NCBI RefSeq assembly: GCF_009914755.1 | Contig: NC_060948.1 | Direction: 5' to 3' (one strand) | Length of the DNA stretch: 64,000 nt | Source of the DNA: the human T2T-CHM13v2.0 reference genome, Homo sapiens | Part shown: positions 17,996 to 35,859 of the stretch, piece after piece | How positions within the stretch are numbered: position 1 is the stretch's first letter | Layout of the letters: each line of letters starts with the position of its first letter | Position numbers and translations under genes: made by a program | Notes under the pieces: model-generated | Databases searched by the model: none | What the model saw: only the letters and a program-made list of their open reading frames with translations | Told to the model about the DNA's origin: nothing

Positions 17996-18754
17996 GCCAT
18001 TCATCCACTGATAGGCGAGGTAATGCTTGTGGCTAAAGGGTTTAAGTGTATTTCTATATAAATGATACTCAGAGAGTCCAGATTCCTGGAAGTCTCTATG
18101 TTGAATCACTCATTCTGTGACAACCTAAGGCAGTCGCATGGATAGGATCATGGAATGACATGAAACTCCAAAGTCAAAGGCCTTTCAGAAGTTCAGACAG
18201 GGTGACAACTTCACAAAATAGTTTGTCTCCTCTAGTCCAGACTCGTCATTGCACAGCTGATTCCAGGCAGATAACCATAGAAGAGAAGTCTCTACTAAAC
18301 ACAGAAAGTTGCTCCAGAGAGAAGGGCTGTACTTCTGTCTGTTCCAGACAGTCATTTTACATAGATCAGGGAGGAGAGAGCTACTCTTCTTAGGTCTTAA
18401 GATGAAGCAGACTAGAACAATTCTAGTCCTAAGGCTACAGAGAGAAAGTGAAGAGAATCATAAAACACTGATTTTTTACGTAATTCCAGACTTCCATGTA
18501 TAAACATATACAATTTAAGATTTAAGCTGCCTTAAAATCTAAAGCTAACCCGAACAGCTTGGTTTTCAGAGTTATGAGGAAAAGACAGCTATCTATCTAA
18601 AAATATTAGAAAGGCATACATAGATGATTGATTGATAGATAATAGATCGATAGGTGATAGATGATATAACAATAGATTGATTAATTTATCTGAATCTATA
18701 CACTGATACATACCAAAGACTTTTTTTCCTTTTGTGGTTTTGTTGTTTACATAC

Positions 18755-19113
18755 TGTTTTAGTCAGCTCAGTCTGCTATAACAGAATACCATAGACTGAT
18801 GGCTTAAACAGCAGAAATTTATTTCTCACAGGTCTGGAGGACGCAAGTCTGAGATCAGGGTGCCAGAATGATCAGATTCTAGCAAGGGCCCTCTTCCTGG
18901 TTTACAGAGGCTGTCTTCCCATAGTGTCTTCATGTGACAGTGAAAGTGATCATCTCTCTCATGTCTCTTCTAATAAGTGCACTAATCCCATCCATGAGGG
19001 TCCACCCTCTGACCTAATTGCCTCCCAAAGGTTCCACCTACACATACTATCCTATTGCGGATTAGAGCTTCAACATACAAATTTTGGGGGGATACAAACA
19101 TTCAGGCCATAGA
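18755..19113 (-). mobile_element. MaLR solo LTR (MSTB/MSTD/MLT1A-like)
   Basis: tgttttagtcagctcagtctgctataacagaataccatagactgatggcttaaac...acaaacattcaggccatag. Confidence 0.85.
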
Positions 19114-19823
19114 ACTTGCCAAATATCCAAGCCCCAAAAACCGCACCTGCTGCAATCCCCAAAAGAATAGCATGGGATCATCAGGAGGCAGTGACCAGAA
19201 TCCAGAGTCCATCAGATGAACAGCTAATGCCCATAAGTTTCATACATCCTCGGTGGGGGTAGCCATCTCTCCTGGGCCATTGATGATCTCTGACTATTCA
19301 CTTTATTCCTGAAGCAACGCTTCTCAAAATTTAACGTGCATTAGGGTCCAATGGGGAGCTTTTTAGACTTGCCATTCTCAAAGTTCTGTGGACTCTGAGG
19401 CAGGAGGTTTGAGAACCCTACCTTGGAGATATTGTCCTAAAACATAACTAGGTCAACCCTTGCCCCTCACTGTCACATGATTAGACTCAGGAGTTTGTCT
19501 GGGTTAATCTCTAAATTAAGAGTCTCTTAGAAGAGAAACCAAGGTTCCAACCTCAAGTGTAGCCATGAGAGAATGTTGCACCAAACCCAAAAGCCATGTG
19601 GCAGCAGGCGCAAAAACCTGGTGCTGTTTTACTCTATGGCACCAGAGTGCCATTAAGTGGCCTTATCACTGGCTATATATCATATAGGCAGGCCAAAGGC
19701 TAAGCTTCTCTATTCAGTCATAATCTGTGTTGCTATGGGATGCTTATGAATAATTGCTGATCCAGAGGAGTCTAAATTCTCTCTTTCAGGATGAGATATA
19801 AGGGTTGCAAAAACTATTTTACT

Positions 19824-20139
19824 TTTTTGTTTGTTTGTTTTGTTTTGTTTGTTTGTTTGAGACAGAGTCTCGTTCTGTAGCCCAAGCTGGAGTTGCAGTG
19901 GCATGATCTTGGCTCACTGCAACCTCTGCCACCCAGGTTCAAGACGTTCTCTTGCCTCGGCCTCCCAAGTAGCTGAGATTACAGGCACCTGCCACCGTGC
20001 CTGGCTAATTTTTGTATTTTTAGTAGAGACGGGGTTTCACCATATTGGTCAGGCTGATCTTCAACTCCTGACCTCATGATCCACCCGCCTCGGCCTTCCG
20101 GAGTGCTGGGATTACAGGTGTGAGCCACCGCGTCCGGCC
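19824..20139 (-). mobile_element. AluS
   Basis: Antisense dimer, (TTTG)n tail, TSD actattttactttt. Confidence 0.95.
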
Positions 20140-21842
20140 AGGACTATTTTACTTTTTACCTTATAAGCTTTATCTTCAAACACTTTAAATTGAGGAATGA
20201 AAAATAATCCAGTAAAAGATAAGTCAGGAGGTTATGGCCACACTTTACCCAATATATCCCACACATGAAAGTATTGATTTTTTCCTGTCTTATTACACTG
20301 TCCGAGGTGATAGAGAATAAGATCATTTTAGGGCAATTATAATAAGAAGAATGCATTACTAATCATGAAGCATCATATCTCTTATTCATCAAATTAAGTA
20401 ATGCATTCAGCCACTTCATTTCCTAGACATTTACATAAACAGTAAAGGAGGAAGGTGCTTTTCATGCAGCCAAGGCATACCTCAATTCATAACAATATTT
20501 TTGAACTCTTCTTGTGTTTTTCTGCCTGAGCTAGGCCTATAGACTCATGACCTCAAGAAGCTATGTCTTTGTTTTAAAACTATAAATGTGGCATTTATTT
20601 CTCTCCACTGTCAAAAACAAAGAAGATGCACAGGCTCTAAAAATGGTAACATTGAATAATTGATTTCTTGCTTAATTGATGAAAACATTTTCTTTAAACT
20701 TGGAGAAGAAATTAAATGGTTGTAGTAGATAAGAGAAACTAGGCATACACTTAATAAATGTGCTAATGAACGCTTTAGATACAGGGATAAAGGCCCAAAT
20801 TCAGAGTTGGTTAGACAATCATAAAAACAGAAATAAGAATAGAGTTGGTTCTTTAATTACCTAACATTGGCTTTTGCATTTCACTACAAGTTTTCATTCA
20901 GCATTTCTTTTCTAAGGTGCAATTCGCTAAATAATGTGATATTAATTAGTCACAGTGATAGCCCAGGGAGTGAATTTCCATTTCCTCATTATCAAGCTAG
21001 TGCTATCTCCTATGGGCAGTAAGTCATCAACCCCAACATATCATTAGCTTCATCATTTTAGCAAATCAGTTCTGGCTAATAGCTTAAAATTGGTTAAATG
21101 GGATGTTCTTTGACATGCAGCCCTGGGAGTGATGAGAAAATAATGGGTCTCTTCTTTAGGCAGAAGAATAATTAGTAATAAGGAGGTGCCCAAGTTCAAT
21201 TAATTAATGATTTTCCAACACAGTGAATGATGCTTTAGAATAGAGAGTCTAGTTCAGGATTGATCTGTAGCAAAATGAATAAGCAAACCAAAGCAGAAGG
21301 ATACTCATTAGCTGTTTGTTTTTTTCTGTTTAGTCCAACCCCAAGGCATTTGTCAATCAAAAATCTTCCCTACCAGAGAAAGCAAGAATTAAAATGCTCT
21401 CTGGCTAAAGAGATGGGTCTTTAGACCTTTATAGAGTTTGCAAATTACACAGATTTATTACTACAAATATTTTATCAATAAAATCCACCCTATAAATACT
21501 GTATCAAGAGGCATCCTAACCAATTTGAAACACTTGGTTGGGGATTTTTGTGTGTGGGTTAGCTGGCAAAGAAGTTGACTTCCATATATACTTCCCCAGT
21601 TAAGGGTATTCCCATCACCAAGACCATGACAGCTGACTTAGTAAAAGGCAAGAGTTGACCATAGAAACCGGATCACTCTTCATCTGAGCATCTCAGCGTC
21701 ACCAGTTTCTTTGTGTGTGTGTAGATATGGCCTCCTTATTTTCTACAAAGGAGAAAAGTAGGCAGAAGGAGCTGTTTTGAAGATAAAGATTAATGGTATT
21801 TATGGCAAATATTGGGACTTCTTGGAAGAAAGATGCTATGGG

Positions 21843-22060
21843 CCAGTTGTCCTGAAGCCTGGCTCATTGTTAAGAGCATCTGAGAGCTTCTTACAAATAA
21901 ATTCTCTAGCCCATAGCTTCTCAGACTTTAATGTGTATAACAACCCCAGGGGACTTTTATTAAGCTTCAGATTCTGCTTATTTAGGTTTCGGTTGGAGCT
22001 TTTGATTCTGCATTTCTGACAAGCTCCCAAGTGATGCTGATGCACTGGCCCCATGGTTTA
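21843..22060. mobile_element. MER5A/MER5B-type hAT-Charlie fragments
   Basis: cttctcagactttaatgtg...attctgcatttctgacaagctcccaagtgatgctgatgc. Confidence 0.7.
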
Positions 22061-22485
22061 GGAATCACTATGGTAAGCCTTGTTTTGAAATACAATCATT
22101 CTTGTGAAAGTGCTTTGTAAATGGTAATGCATTACCTTAATTGAAGTATTATAATAAACAGGGATTGTGTTACTAAGATAACCATATTACAGTTCATTTT
22201 AGATATGATGTAATATGCGTAATATGGCCCTCAAAATGTTTTCTGTTTTCTCTTAATTTGTTAGTTTTTTAAAATCCAATCTATTAGCAAATTCTGTCAA
22301 GGTTACTTTCTGTGACCTACTCCTTTGATTCAGCATCAACTTTGTAAGATTCATTCCTGTTGTGCAGAGCTACAGTTCATTCACAGAAAAATTACATTTT
22401 GATATAAAAACATTAATTTAAATCTCATAATATCACACCCTACACAAACATAAACTCTAGATTGATTTTTTGAAACAAAACGTGG

Positions 22486-23410
<925 letters not shown>

Positions 23411-24067
23411 AAAAGGTAAGGACCACTATAGTGACCAAAAAAGAACTTATTTACTTGCAAAATAAGAGAAGACAGGTAAATCAAGAAACTGAGTATTTCT
23501 CTGGTGGGGGTAGGGAGGCTAATTACAAACTGAAGCTTGCACCCTGGATAAGGTACAATGACTACATATCTATGCAGAGTTGATTAAAATAAATTAGTAG
23601 TAAATGTTGAAAGAGAAAAACATCGTTCAGTATCTGAAACCAAGAAGCAGACAGCTAGGCTGGTCAAATAGCTCATTAAACAAACTTCTCATCTCATAGG
23701 GAAAGTTCTTTGGGAAGAGTTCACGTTGAGTAGTAATGGTTACAGAAGCAGGACTGGGTTGGTGGTAGTCTAAGAAGCATGGATTGTGTTGGCTACAGAA
23801 GCATGCCTTTTGTTAGTTACAGATATGGGAGTATACGTCGGCCTTAGCAGCATATTAACTGGAGTGAATCTGATGCCGATTCGTAGACTTTCAAAGCATG
23901 AGGCTGTCACTGATTGGCAGCTTTCAGAGGCTGTATTCACTGAAGTGAGTTGCCATTGATTTAATAAAGATATTTAAAAACAATGCTGCTGTTTATTTAA
24001 TATCATAGCTACAGACCTATCACTGATTAAATAGATTTAAAACCAGTGCCAATGTTTATTTATTACT

Positions 24068-24405
<338 letters not shown>

Positions 24406-24991
24406 TGAGATAACCTAAGAAAGGATTGCTGCAGGTACAAATTTCTTCTTTTATACTTGCAATGGGAAAAAATTGGAGATCAAATATATGCTCATCAACA
24501 GAAGAATAAACTGTAATACATGCATATGCAGTATTCTATAGTTGCTAAACAAAACTGGATCCAAATATGTCAACAGAAACAAATATCTAAAACAGAATCT
24601 TTAGTGAGGAATGAAAACTGGAGAATATAAAATGTGGTATAATATTTGTGTAATTTTTTAAAAAACATTAATGTGTTTATGTGTGTGTGTTTCTAGATCA
24701 TCAAATGAGAAAAACATGGACCAGATACAAACTAAATTCACAATTATGTCTAACTTGGTCAGGTGTGAAATATACAGAATCAGGAAAAGAAAAAGAACTT
24801 TGAGGCAAATATTAATTTTGGGGTGATTCATTTTTCTGTGTTTCTGTATGTTGCACATTTCTCTAAAATAAAATAAACCCTAAGCTTTGAGTAATTGTTA
24901 TACTTTTTTCATTAACAACTAATTATCTTTTAAAAAACCTTTCTAAAACCGTGGATTGTCCTGCCCGTAACACAAACATAAAACAGATTAA

Positions 24992-25329
<338 letters not shown>

Positions 25330-25584
25330 GATAAAGGATGTTTTAACAAGAAAGATGACCTCACTCCCTTAGTACTGTATTTTAGTTCAGTCAAATTTTG
25401 ACTGGTGCCATTCTCCTCAGCTGCCGTGATTTCCAATTTAGTTGTGATAAACAGTCTTCTCTGAAAGTTTCCTTGACAGGATTTCTCTTTGAAAAAACAG
25501 AAGTTGCTGAAGGGAAAAGACCAGGAGTATAAATAAGCCCCTGCCTTCTTGACTGAAATTTTTACTGAGATAATTATAGAATAG

Positions 25585-25962
<378 letters not shown>

Positions 25963-26074
25963 TAACCAGTTTCCCCCAAGGGTAAAATTTTGCAGAGCTA
26001 TAGTATAACATCACAACCATATTGGCATTGATACAACCCACAGACCTTCTTCCAGCTTTCCCAGTTTTACTTGT

Positions 26075-26911
26075 ACAATAATTCCTCGCTTAACGTGGCA
26101 TATAGTTTCTTGAAAACTGCAACTTTAAGTGAAACCAAGTATAATAAAACCAATTTTACCATAGGCTAATTGATACGAGCAGGAGTTAAATTCCTAGGTA
26201 CATTTCTGGTCCCAAAAATATGACCAAACTTCTAAATAAAGACGTAAAACACTCCTGATTAGTATTAAGCCCTGGAATAAATGTGAACTATACACACATT
26301 TAGGACAGATTAATAAAAACAGGTAAGATAATTGTTTACTCAATTTTGGGTGAATTTGTGAATGGTGGTGGTTGTCTGGTGGTGAGTTCAAAGAATAAAT
26401 GTAAAGCAAACATTGTCTGGGGCACCTCCCACCACCTTGCAGGCCAAAAACAATTACCAACATGGCGGCTTTTGTCAGGCATCATTTATTGTCATGCATT
26501 TGGATGATTATCATAGACTTTGTGAAATTTTATTTTATGATCATTTGTATGCATTCATTCATTTTCCAACCTGCTTATTTCAGTTAAGGGTTATTGGTGG
26601 CTGGAGCCCATCCAGGCAGCTCAGGTCACAAGGCAGAAACCAACCCTGGATGGGATGCCCTCTTATCCCAGGGTGCATTCACATACACCCACGCTGACTC
26701 ACACCACTGGAACCATGTAGACATACCAATGAACCTAAAAGGCACAGCTTTGGAATGTAGGAGGAAACCAAGGCACACAGAGAAAACCCACACAGTCATG
26801 CAGAGAACCCACAAACTCAACACAGACAGGCCCTGGCCAGGACTCTTTTTTTTCATCAGTGTTGTAACAAAATGACATTGAATGAAATGATGTTACTGGA
26901 GAACCTGCTGT
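26075..26911 (-). mobile_element. MER6 (TcMar-Tigger) DNA transposon, near full length
   Basis: TA-flanked ~835 bp element. Termini caataattcctcgcttaacg and gttactggagaacctgctg are degenerate TIRs; internal aaaaccaattttaccataggctaattgat. Confidence 0.75.
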
Positions 26912-28226
26912 ACTCATGACTCTGTGTTTGTGTGTGTGTGTGTGTGAATCAGGTACTATCTACTTTTATCACATGTATGCTCAGACATCCACCAGCACAG
27001 TCAAGATACTGAGAAGTTCCAACATGACAAGTATCCCTTGTGCTGCACTTTTATAACACAACCCAAGTCCCTCCTAACTCCCCTCCCCACCCCTAACCTC
27101 TGGCAACCACTTATCTGTTCTCCATTTCTAAGGTTTGTTATTTCAGGACTGCTTTACGTAAATGTAATTACACAGTATGAAACATTTGCAGAATCACTTT
27201 TTTCATTCAGCATAATTCTCTGAAGATTCATCCATCAGTGTGTGTATCAAAAATTTGTTCCTTTTTATTACTGGGTTATTCCATGTATATACCACAGTTT
27301 GTTTAACCATTTACCCATAGAAGGACCTCTGAGCTATTTCCAGCTTTTAGATATTATGAATAAAGCTGCTATGAACATTTGTGTACAGGTTTTTGTATGA
27401 ACATAAATTTTTATTTCTCTGAGTTAAATGCTTAAGAATACAATTGCTGGGCCATATGGTAATTGCATCTTTAGCCGGATAAGAGCTGTGAAACTATTTT
27501 CCAAAGTGGCTGTATCATTCCTCCCAGGAATGTAAAAGCTCCATTTTTTTTCTGCATCCCTGCTAGGTTTGGTTTCGTCACTATTTTTTATCTTAGCCAT
27601 TCCAATAGCTGTGTATTGACAATTCATTGTGGTTTCATTTGCATTATCATGATGTCCAATGAGGTTGAACTTCTTTTTATGTGCTTATTTTCTAACTGTA
27701 TAGTCTCCTTGGTGAAATAGCTGTTTATGTGTTTTGCCCACTTTCTAACTGGATTTTTTTTAATGTTGAGTTTTCAGAGTCCTTTATATATTCTAAATAC
27801 TAGTCTTTTGATGGATATGTGATTTGCAAGTATTTTCTCTTGGTCTGCAACCTGTCTTTTCATCTTTTTCACATATGTTCCACAGATAACAAGCTTTCAG
27901 TTTTAATGAGACCCGATTTATCTACTTTTCCTTTTATGGATTGTGCTTTTGTTGTCAAGTCTAAGATCTCTTTGCTTAGCCCTAGATCCTGACGATTTTT
28001 CTCCTTTTTTCAAAAAGTTTCATAGTTTTACATTTAAGTCCATGATCCATTTTGAGTAAATGTAAAAGTGTTTAGATTGAGATTCCATTTTTTTTTTTGA
28101 AACAGTATTTCCTCTACATACATACACCCTAAATCCATAAATCTAAATAGAGGCTATAACTCAATCAAAGAAGCAAAGAGTCAAATAGTTTCTTTTCATT
28201 GTAGAGATTAAATTATCAGATGATGA

Positions 28227-28562
<336 letters not shown>

Positions 28563-29142
28563 TAGTTCTGACATCTTAAAAATCCTCCAAAGGGTGAAAC
28601 AGGAAATATAATAGCAGCCCTCTTGCTTTCAATTTCCATTTTATACTGAATTAGGACCTGAACACTCCTTGCATTAGGCACTATACATCTACACTCTAGA
28701 GAAAGCCCAGTGGCCATTTATTCCTTCCATAGACACCTTGTAGTCTCTGACAGGGAACAGTCAGGGCCCTCACATGATTAAAATACAGGGAGCTCCCTGA
28801 CAAAAGAGAAGTTGAGAAATCTTCAAGACAGGAGTGCCCAGCTCTTTGGTGGGGAGCAGGAGAAGTTTCCCCAGCAGGGAGGAGGGGATGAGATGAAAGA
28901 TTAAATCAGCTTGAATGTGGAATGAAAGGCAACGGGAAAAAAGGCAAAAATTCAAAATATCTGGAAAAACTTGGCATGGCTGGAAGAATGGCTGCAAAAT
29001 GGAAAGAAATGGTGTCGCAGAGGCTCTGGGTGGGGAGTGATATCCATGGGGGTAGGTTGGAGCAGATGATTCTGAGTCTCTGTCTCTCCCTCTGTCTCTC
29101 ATTAACAGAAAGTTTCAGTTCCACTTTTTTTTTTTAAAGGTG

Positions 29143-29212
29143 TTAGGTCAGTGCAAAATTAACTGTGGTTTTAAAAGTAATGGCCAAAACTGCAATTACT
29201 TTTGCACCCACA
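29143..29212. mobile_element. MADE1 mariner MITE
   Basis: ttaggtcagtgcaaaattaactgtggtttt...aaaactgcaattacttttgcaccc; Hsmar1-type TIRs. Confidence 0.8.
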
Positions 29213-29870
29213 GAAAACCTTAGTCATACTAATTATACTAAGGAACTTATTTGGATTTAATAGAAGAGAGCAAGGCTAATTGAGACTGTGTAATTGTATT
29301 CAGAGCACATCAGAAGCACTATACTGGAGTCAGGAAACCAGGGCTAGACTTCCAGGCTGGCTACTAATCTGAAGAAATCACTGTTTGATCACAGCTTCAG
29401 GGTTTACAGATGGGGTTAAAATGCCTCTATAGTGAGTCTTCATCCGTCATTAAAAATGGAGTGAGTGGATGGTACTCTTCTAGTCACCCAGTTATCGAAA
29501 ATAAATACAATATCATTATCAATAATATGATCATTAAATTTATGTGATATTTACCATATAAAGTGTATATCAAACACGTAAAAATATTATTTTACTCTTT
29601 TTAATCCAATAAACAAATTTGCTTTCTTGGACTAAAAAATAAGTACAATAATTGGAGTCTAAAATTTTGCTGGTGGTTAGCCAATACTGCTTCACTCAGG
29701 TACACATTTCCTCTGATGATTTTTTAAAATTCTGATTAAATATTATGGAAGTTTGTTTACCTTGAACTTATACTGGTGCCTTTTTGAATTTATTGGTTGA
29801 TTCTGTATAAAAGAAACAAACAAACAGTTTCCACCTCTGAGGAAAAAGACACATAGAAAGTGTGATTTGA

Positions 29871-30209
<339 letters not shown>

Positions 30210-30604
30210 CTAGAAGGTTTCATCTCTCCCAAATCTTTTCACAAACCTTGCTTATACCCCTGTCTTCAACTTGCCCCAGCGTAAGGTATTGGATCCCAGG
30301 GCAACGTGCTTCCAGAGACCCCTCAGTCAGTGTTACACCCGATTTAAGCCAGAAAGCATGAGCACGTAAAAATTCACCAGTTCCCACTAAACCTGAAGTA
30401 ATTATTCTCATATGAATTGAGGGGGTTGAGACATTGTAGGGAAATTAGAGTTCTGGGAAGAAGGCTAAATAACCCCAACATGTATTTTTTAAATTCCAAA
30501 ATATATTTTCTTACTTCAGATTGAGTCTAACACCAAACCTGAGAATTAATTCAATTCACAAGCCAGAGTTAGCTAAACACTAATACTCATACACAAGCCC
30601 TGCC

Positions 30605-31660
30605 CTCCACAGACATCTGGATTCAAATCTCCACTCTGTCATTTACTAGTAGATGCAAATAACTTTATCTCTTGGTACTCTTTCCTCTTTAGTAAAATAA
30701 GGACAATATAAGAACCTGCCTCATAGGAGTTTGATGAGAACTAAAAAATTTAAATAAAATTTCTGATACACAGTGAGGGATCAATAATGGTCAGACACAG
30801 ATTAGAAGAATCAGGAAAGACTCCCCAGAAGAAGTGATGCCTGAATCAAATCTTGAACTCTGAAGCAGATTATGCATATGAAGGTCAAAGAACAACGATG
30901 TTCAAGCATGAGCTTTGCTTTGGATCAGAGGGAAGCATGGGAAGCTGTGGGAAGTAAAGGAGAAGGAAAATGGGAGGCTAGACCAGGGGAAGGGAAAGCT
31001 GGAGATGGGAATGTTTAACACATTTGGAACAGAAAGCTCATCTCTGGTAGGACCATGAAGTTAGGGCTTTCTTACTAAATCTCTGTGGGGTGTCACTAAA
31101 GGATTTTAAGTAAGGATGAAAAATCATCTAATTTGCTTTTGGAACTGTAGTTGGGCAGCCAGATGGGGAATGAATAAGAAGAACAAGTGGAGTCCAAGTT
31201 CTTACTCAGGAGATTGATGGGGCACTTCAGGTGAAGGAACATGTTCCCAGCTAAAGCACTGAATGAGTAAGACTCGGGGACTGGTTGAAGGTGGGGAGTG
31301 AGGCAGATGACAGAAGTTAAGAAGATTCTGGATCGCTGGTTTGGATGACTGAGGTGGGTGATGGCATGATCAACTGAAACTGGAAACACAAAATAGGTTT
31401 GAGTCAGGGAAAGGGAGAGGTAACAAATCTAGTTTGGTACATGCCTGGTTGTGGAAGCTGTGAAACATACTAATGAAGCTGTTCAGCTGGAAGTTGAATA
31501 TAAGGGTCTGAAGCTTAGGATACTGATGCAAAAATGTAGAAGTCTGACACCATGCAAGGTCACACCAGGAGTGTACATAACATGACAATACTACACAGGA
31601 ATACCAACACAGAAAAAGACAAGCAGAGAAATTGGAGTACAAGGAAAATGAGCATGAATT
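30605..31660 (+). mobile_element. MIR followed by degraded L2
   Basis: ctggattcaaatctccactctgtcatttactag (MIR core); purine-rich L2 3' region motifs (gaagaagtgatgcctgaatc, ttggatgactgaggtgggtgatgg). Confidence 0.6.
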
Positions 31661-32307
31661 CATCGAGGTGGAGATGTTAATTTATTTGAGATGTTTGTAA
31701 TCATAAATCAAAGTACTAGACATTGATATAGATTTATAGATGTATAAGTATCTCTACATGCATATCTGCAGCAAATTTTAACATCACCTCAGGTCAGTGA
31801 TGAATGAAGAACAACTTAAAGTTGGAAAACTAAGATAATCATATGAATAAATGTGGTAAACTAAATATGGTATAAAAAACTTATTTTTCTGGGATTTGTA
31901 GGAAGTGATGGTCAATGGATATGCAGTTTAGGAGGTTATCAATGATCAATGATTTAGGAGATTCTGTGATCTTATACACTAAGATCACCTAAGGTTTTAG
32001 GTTTAAGGTTTTAGGTTTTAGCACTGTGTATAATTCTCGCTTTCTGATACCTAAGACAGCATTGCATGTAAAGAAGCCATTAGTGCCTACTCATGCCCCA
32101 TGGTAGTAATATCTGCAAGATCATGTCTAGTTCAAACTCTACTGCATTTTCTAAGGGGAGACACCATCTCCAAATGCAATGGATGCTTTTACAAAGAGGA
32201 TCCTCAGAACGGAGAACACTCCATACAGCTACCAGTGGAAGACACGCATTCGCCTTTCTCATGTAAGTGTGTGGCAGGCTGAGAGGCTGTGGGATAACTG
32301 AATGAAT

Positions 32308-32805
32308 TGATCCAGGATTTTTTACTCCTTAGCTCAGCTAGATCTGGGTTCTTGTCTCATGACCAGGAAAAATTAGACACACGGACATCAAAGAGTGAGT
32401 GAAGTAGAATTTATTAAGTGAAAAGGAAAGCCCTCAGCAAAAAGAGGGGTCCTGAAAGCAGGTTTGGTTGTCCCCCTTCACAGTTGAATACAAAGGCTTC
32501 TGTATTCCACTGATGGGGCTGGGTTCCCTACTTGTGTAAGGCATGAATTCCTGGAAGCCCTACTCCATCTTTCCAGTGCACATGCAGGCCCTTAGTCTGA
32601 GCCACTCTATATTGATTTATTTCTCTGACTGTGCATGAGTTAATGGATGGAATTTTTCACCACAGGCAGGTTTAGGCAAGCCCCCTGTGCAGGTTCCCTT
32701 ACCTGCACAAAGCATCTGGTGCAGATATGTGTGGGGCACGTCAGAAATTCTCTGGGGACCCTCCCCTATCTGCCTAGGAGAGTTCTCTGCTTCCTGCGTC
32801 TATCA
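32308..32805 (-). mobile_element. ERV1 solo LTR (MER61/LTR28/LTR1-like)
   Basis: TG...CA-bounded ~500 bp; antisense AATAAA (tttatt at ~32411); reverse strand begins tgatagacgcaggaagcagag. Confidence 0.7.
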
Positions 32806-33049
32806 AAATGACACAGTGATGAATGGCCTTGGGCTCCACTATTCCTCTAAAAAGCCCCCTAAGCCCAAGTGTTTCCATTTTTCAAAAAACATTTAGAGGG
32901 GAGGCAAAGTGAATAATGACTAGGAACATGAGTTTTGAAATCAAACAGACTTGGATTTGAAATCCTTGCTCCACCTCATAATATTTGCTACTGTTGATTG
33001 AGTGACTACTAGGCTGGGTACTAGTCAGAAAGCGTCATATTCACTAATT

Positions 33050-33333
33050 AATTTTTTTTTGTTTTTGAGACAGGGTCTCATTCTGTTGCCCAGGTTGGAG
33101 TGCACTAGCATGATCACAGTCACTACAGCCTCAACCTCCCAGTCTCAATTGATCTCCCTGCCTCAGCTTCTTGAGTACCTGGGACTACAGATGTGTGCCT
33201 GGATACTTTTGTTTTTGTAGGGATGGAGTCTACCTATATTGCCCAGGCTTATCTAGAACTCCTGGGATCAAGCAATCCTCCTGCCCCAGCCTCCCAAAGT
33301 GTGGGGATTACAGCCGTGAGCCACCATGCCTGG
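33050..33333 (-). mobile_element. AluJ, within MIR fragments (32900-33660)
   Basis: Diverged antisense dimer with AluJ features (cactacagcctcaacctcc, caagcaatcctcctgcc). Confidence 0.9.
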
Positions 33334-35309
33334 TTTCACTTATTAAATCTTTACAATAAACCTGGGGGCAAGAATGGGACATGGATGGTTAAGTTGATTA
33401 CTCATAGTCACAAACTGAGTGCCTGAGCAGAGATTGAAACCCAGATAGTTCAATTCCGGAACCAGCAGTCTTAATCGTGACATTTTTCTGCCAGGCTATC
33501 CATGAGACTGGTGAAAGCACACACTCTTTGAGATTCCATTTTCTCATACCTAGTGAGCCTATCTGATACAGTTATGTTGAGCATAAACAAAATAGTCTAT
33601 GTAAAACACATAGTACAGTGCCTAGAATATAGTAAGAACTCAATAGATCATAGCCATATTTTATTTTATTATTTCCTTTTTAAAAGGTATATTCAGTATT
33701 AAGAGGGAAAGGCTAAATTGAGCAATGGAAAAATAGGTCAGATTCAGCCCTTTGTCCCAACCCTAGTAAGAACAAGTACACTTGGTTTTGATGTCTCGAT
33801 ATCTCAAGGTTTTAAATTTATAGATGTTCATGTTCCTGTCTCAAGAGCACCTTGCTGTATCCATCAAAACCTGGTGGCAGATTAACTGAGTGTGAATGAT
33901 CTATCTCAAATAGAATTTGACCTTCAAACTAGAAGCAAAAGCAAGAAATAAATTGCTAAACTGTGAAAAGCATTCGGATGATCTAATATGCTATTCAACG
34001 CAGTGCTTGAGAGAAGATGTCTCACTGTTGGCTAATCTCTTCTTGTTTTTGAGACAGAATACATTGCATTTAATACCTTGCATTTGCAAATATACATCTG
34101 CATTGATATACTCATCACAGGTCAGTGTATGCAAACCTAAATTTTAGATACAACAACAACCATATGCAAGTCTATAAACCGAGACCCAAAACCATGTTTC
34201 CTCCTGACACGTAAAGTGGTTTTGATGTATTTTCCTGTTTATGAATGTATTAGAGCCAATCATGTCTCACCATGAAAACTATATTTTTTTTTGCTGTATT
34301 TCAGATTACCTTTCCCAAGTGGCAGTGAGAATTTGTATTCATTTAATTCAACACAACAAGTATTATAATTTAAAAGTCTGCTACAGGCCAGCAATGTGCT
34401 ACACATTCCCCAGACAGATAAAAGGAAAACCCTGCAGATTACCGGTAAGCCCCGTTTCTGAACCATGGATGTGAGGGCGAAGAGGCTCGATGCAATTGTT
34501 ACAGAGGGGCTGAGGCTGCATTGGTTTGGATGAGAGTAACACGGAGGAAGAGAATACCCACCAGTGTGCACTGCCTCTTCATCAAATGTGTTGTCATTTG
34601 ACTCCGAAAGCTCAATTTCCCCAGGTAAGGTGAGGCAGTCATGTGCCTGGAAAGCCTGGATTCTGGGGCTCAATGCTGCCTCATGTAAAGACGCCACTGT
34701 AAGCCCTGCGTGGTGCTGAGCCTGGCAGAGCAGGCCCTCAGACATCATGAACCTGTATTCAAATGGCCATCTCTAAAGGTTAGTCAATCATGGCATTTTT
34801 TCCATGAACTATGATTTGAAATGTTCCATCTACAGGACAGTAACAAGAAAGACAGTCAGTGGGAAACAATAATAAAATCAGGTCTGAACTTGCATAGGTG
34901 AATAGTTAACTGGGAGACACCAAAGTGGGAACATTCAGTAAGCAGCGGGGTATATAGTCAAGAGCTAGGTCTTGACTAGAAATCCTAACTTGGGAATTAT
35001 CAATTTAGTTGAAGTCGTAGACATAGATAAGAAGAGAAGAGAACCGAAGTGAAACCCAGGGAACCACGCACATCTGAGGGTCAGGAGAAACAAGAGAAGC
35101 TCCTGAAGGAGAGTGGGAAGTAGGAAGTAGGCATTTAAATGTGGAAAAGTCTCGAGATAGTTCCATTCTGAAAATATAGCAAAGTAGATCACTTGAAAGC
35201 TTTCTGTTACAAAACACTTGTATATGCGATATAAAATATATCAAAAAATATTTCTAATGCATAGCTGAGCCTCTAATAAATTAAGGAAAATTCAAATACA
35301 GAAATAGAA

Positions 35310-35710
<401 letters not shown>

Positions 35711-35859
35711 TTAACTGCCCCATGGAGATTGGAGAGGCGGCTTTGGACTTCTGCAAGGCATAGAGTTGAAACAGAGACTCTTGCATGAAGCTGTAACATT
35801 TTTTTCCATGTGTTTGAAGTTTTCCACAATAAAAAGCTCTTTTTAAATAAGAAATGGGC

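Noticed and set aside
21600-21760. Possible - strand exon after a good acceptor (cttttctcctttgtag)
   Set aside because: No recognisable coding similarity or convincing donor site; such motifs occur by chance.
31991-32021. (GGTTTTA)-type repeat resembling telomeric sequence
   Set aside because: Only ~4 imperfect units and not TTAGGG; simple slippage.
34260-34748. 162-aa ORF in non-repeat sequence
   Set aside because: No recognisable domain, splice structure or homology; within chance expectation.
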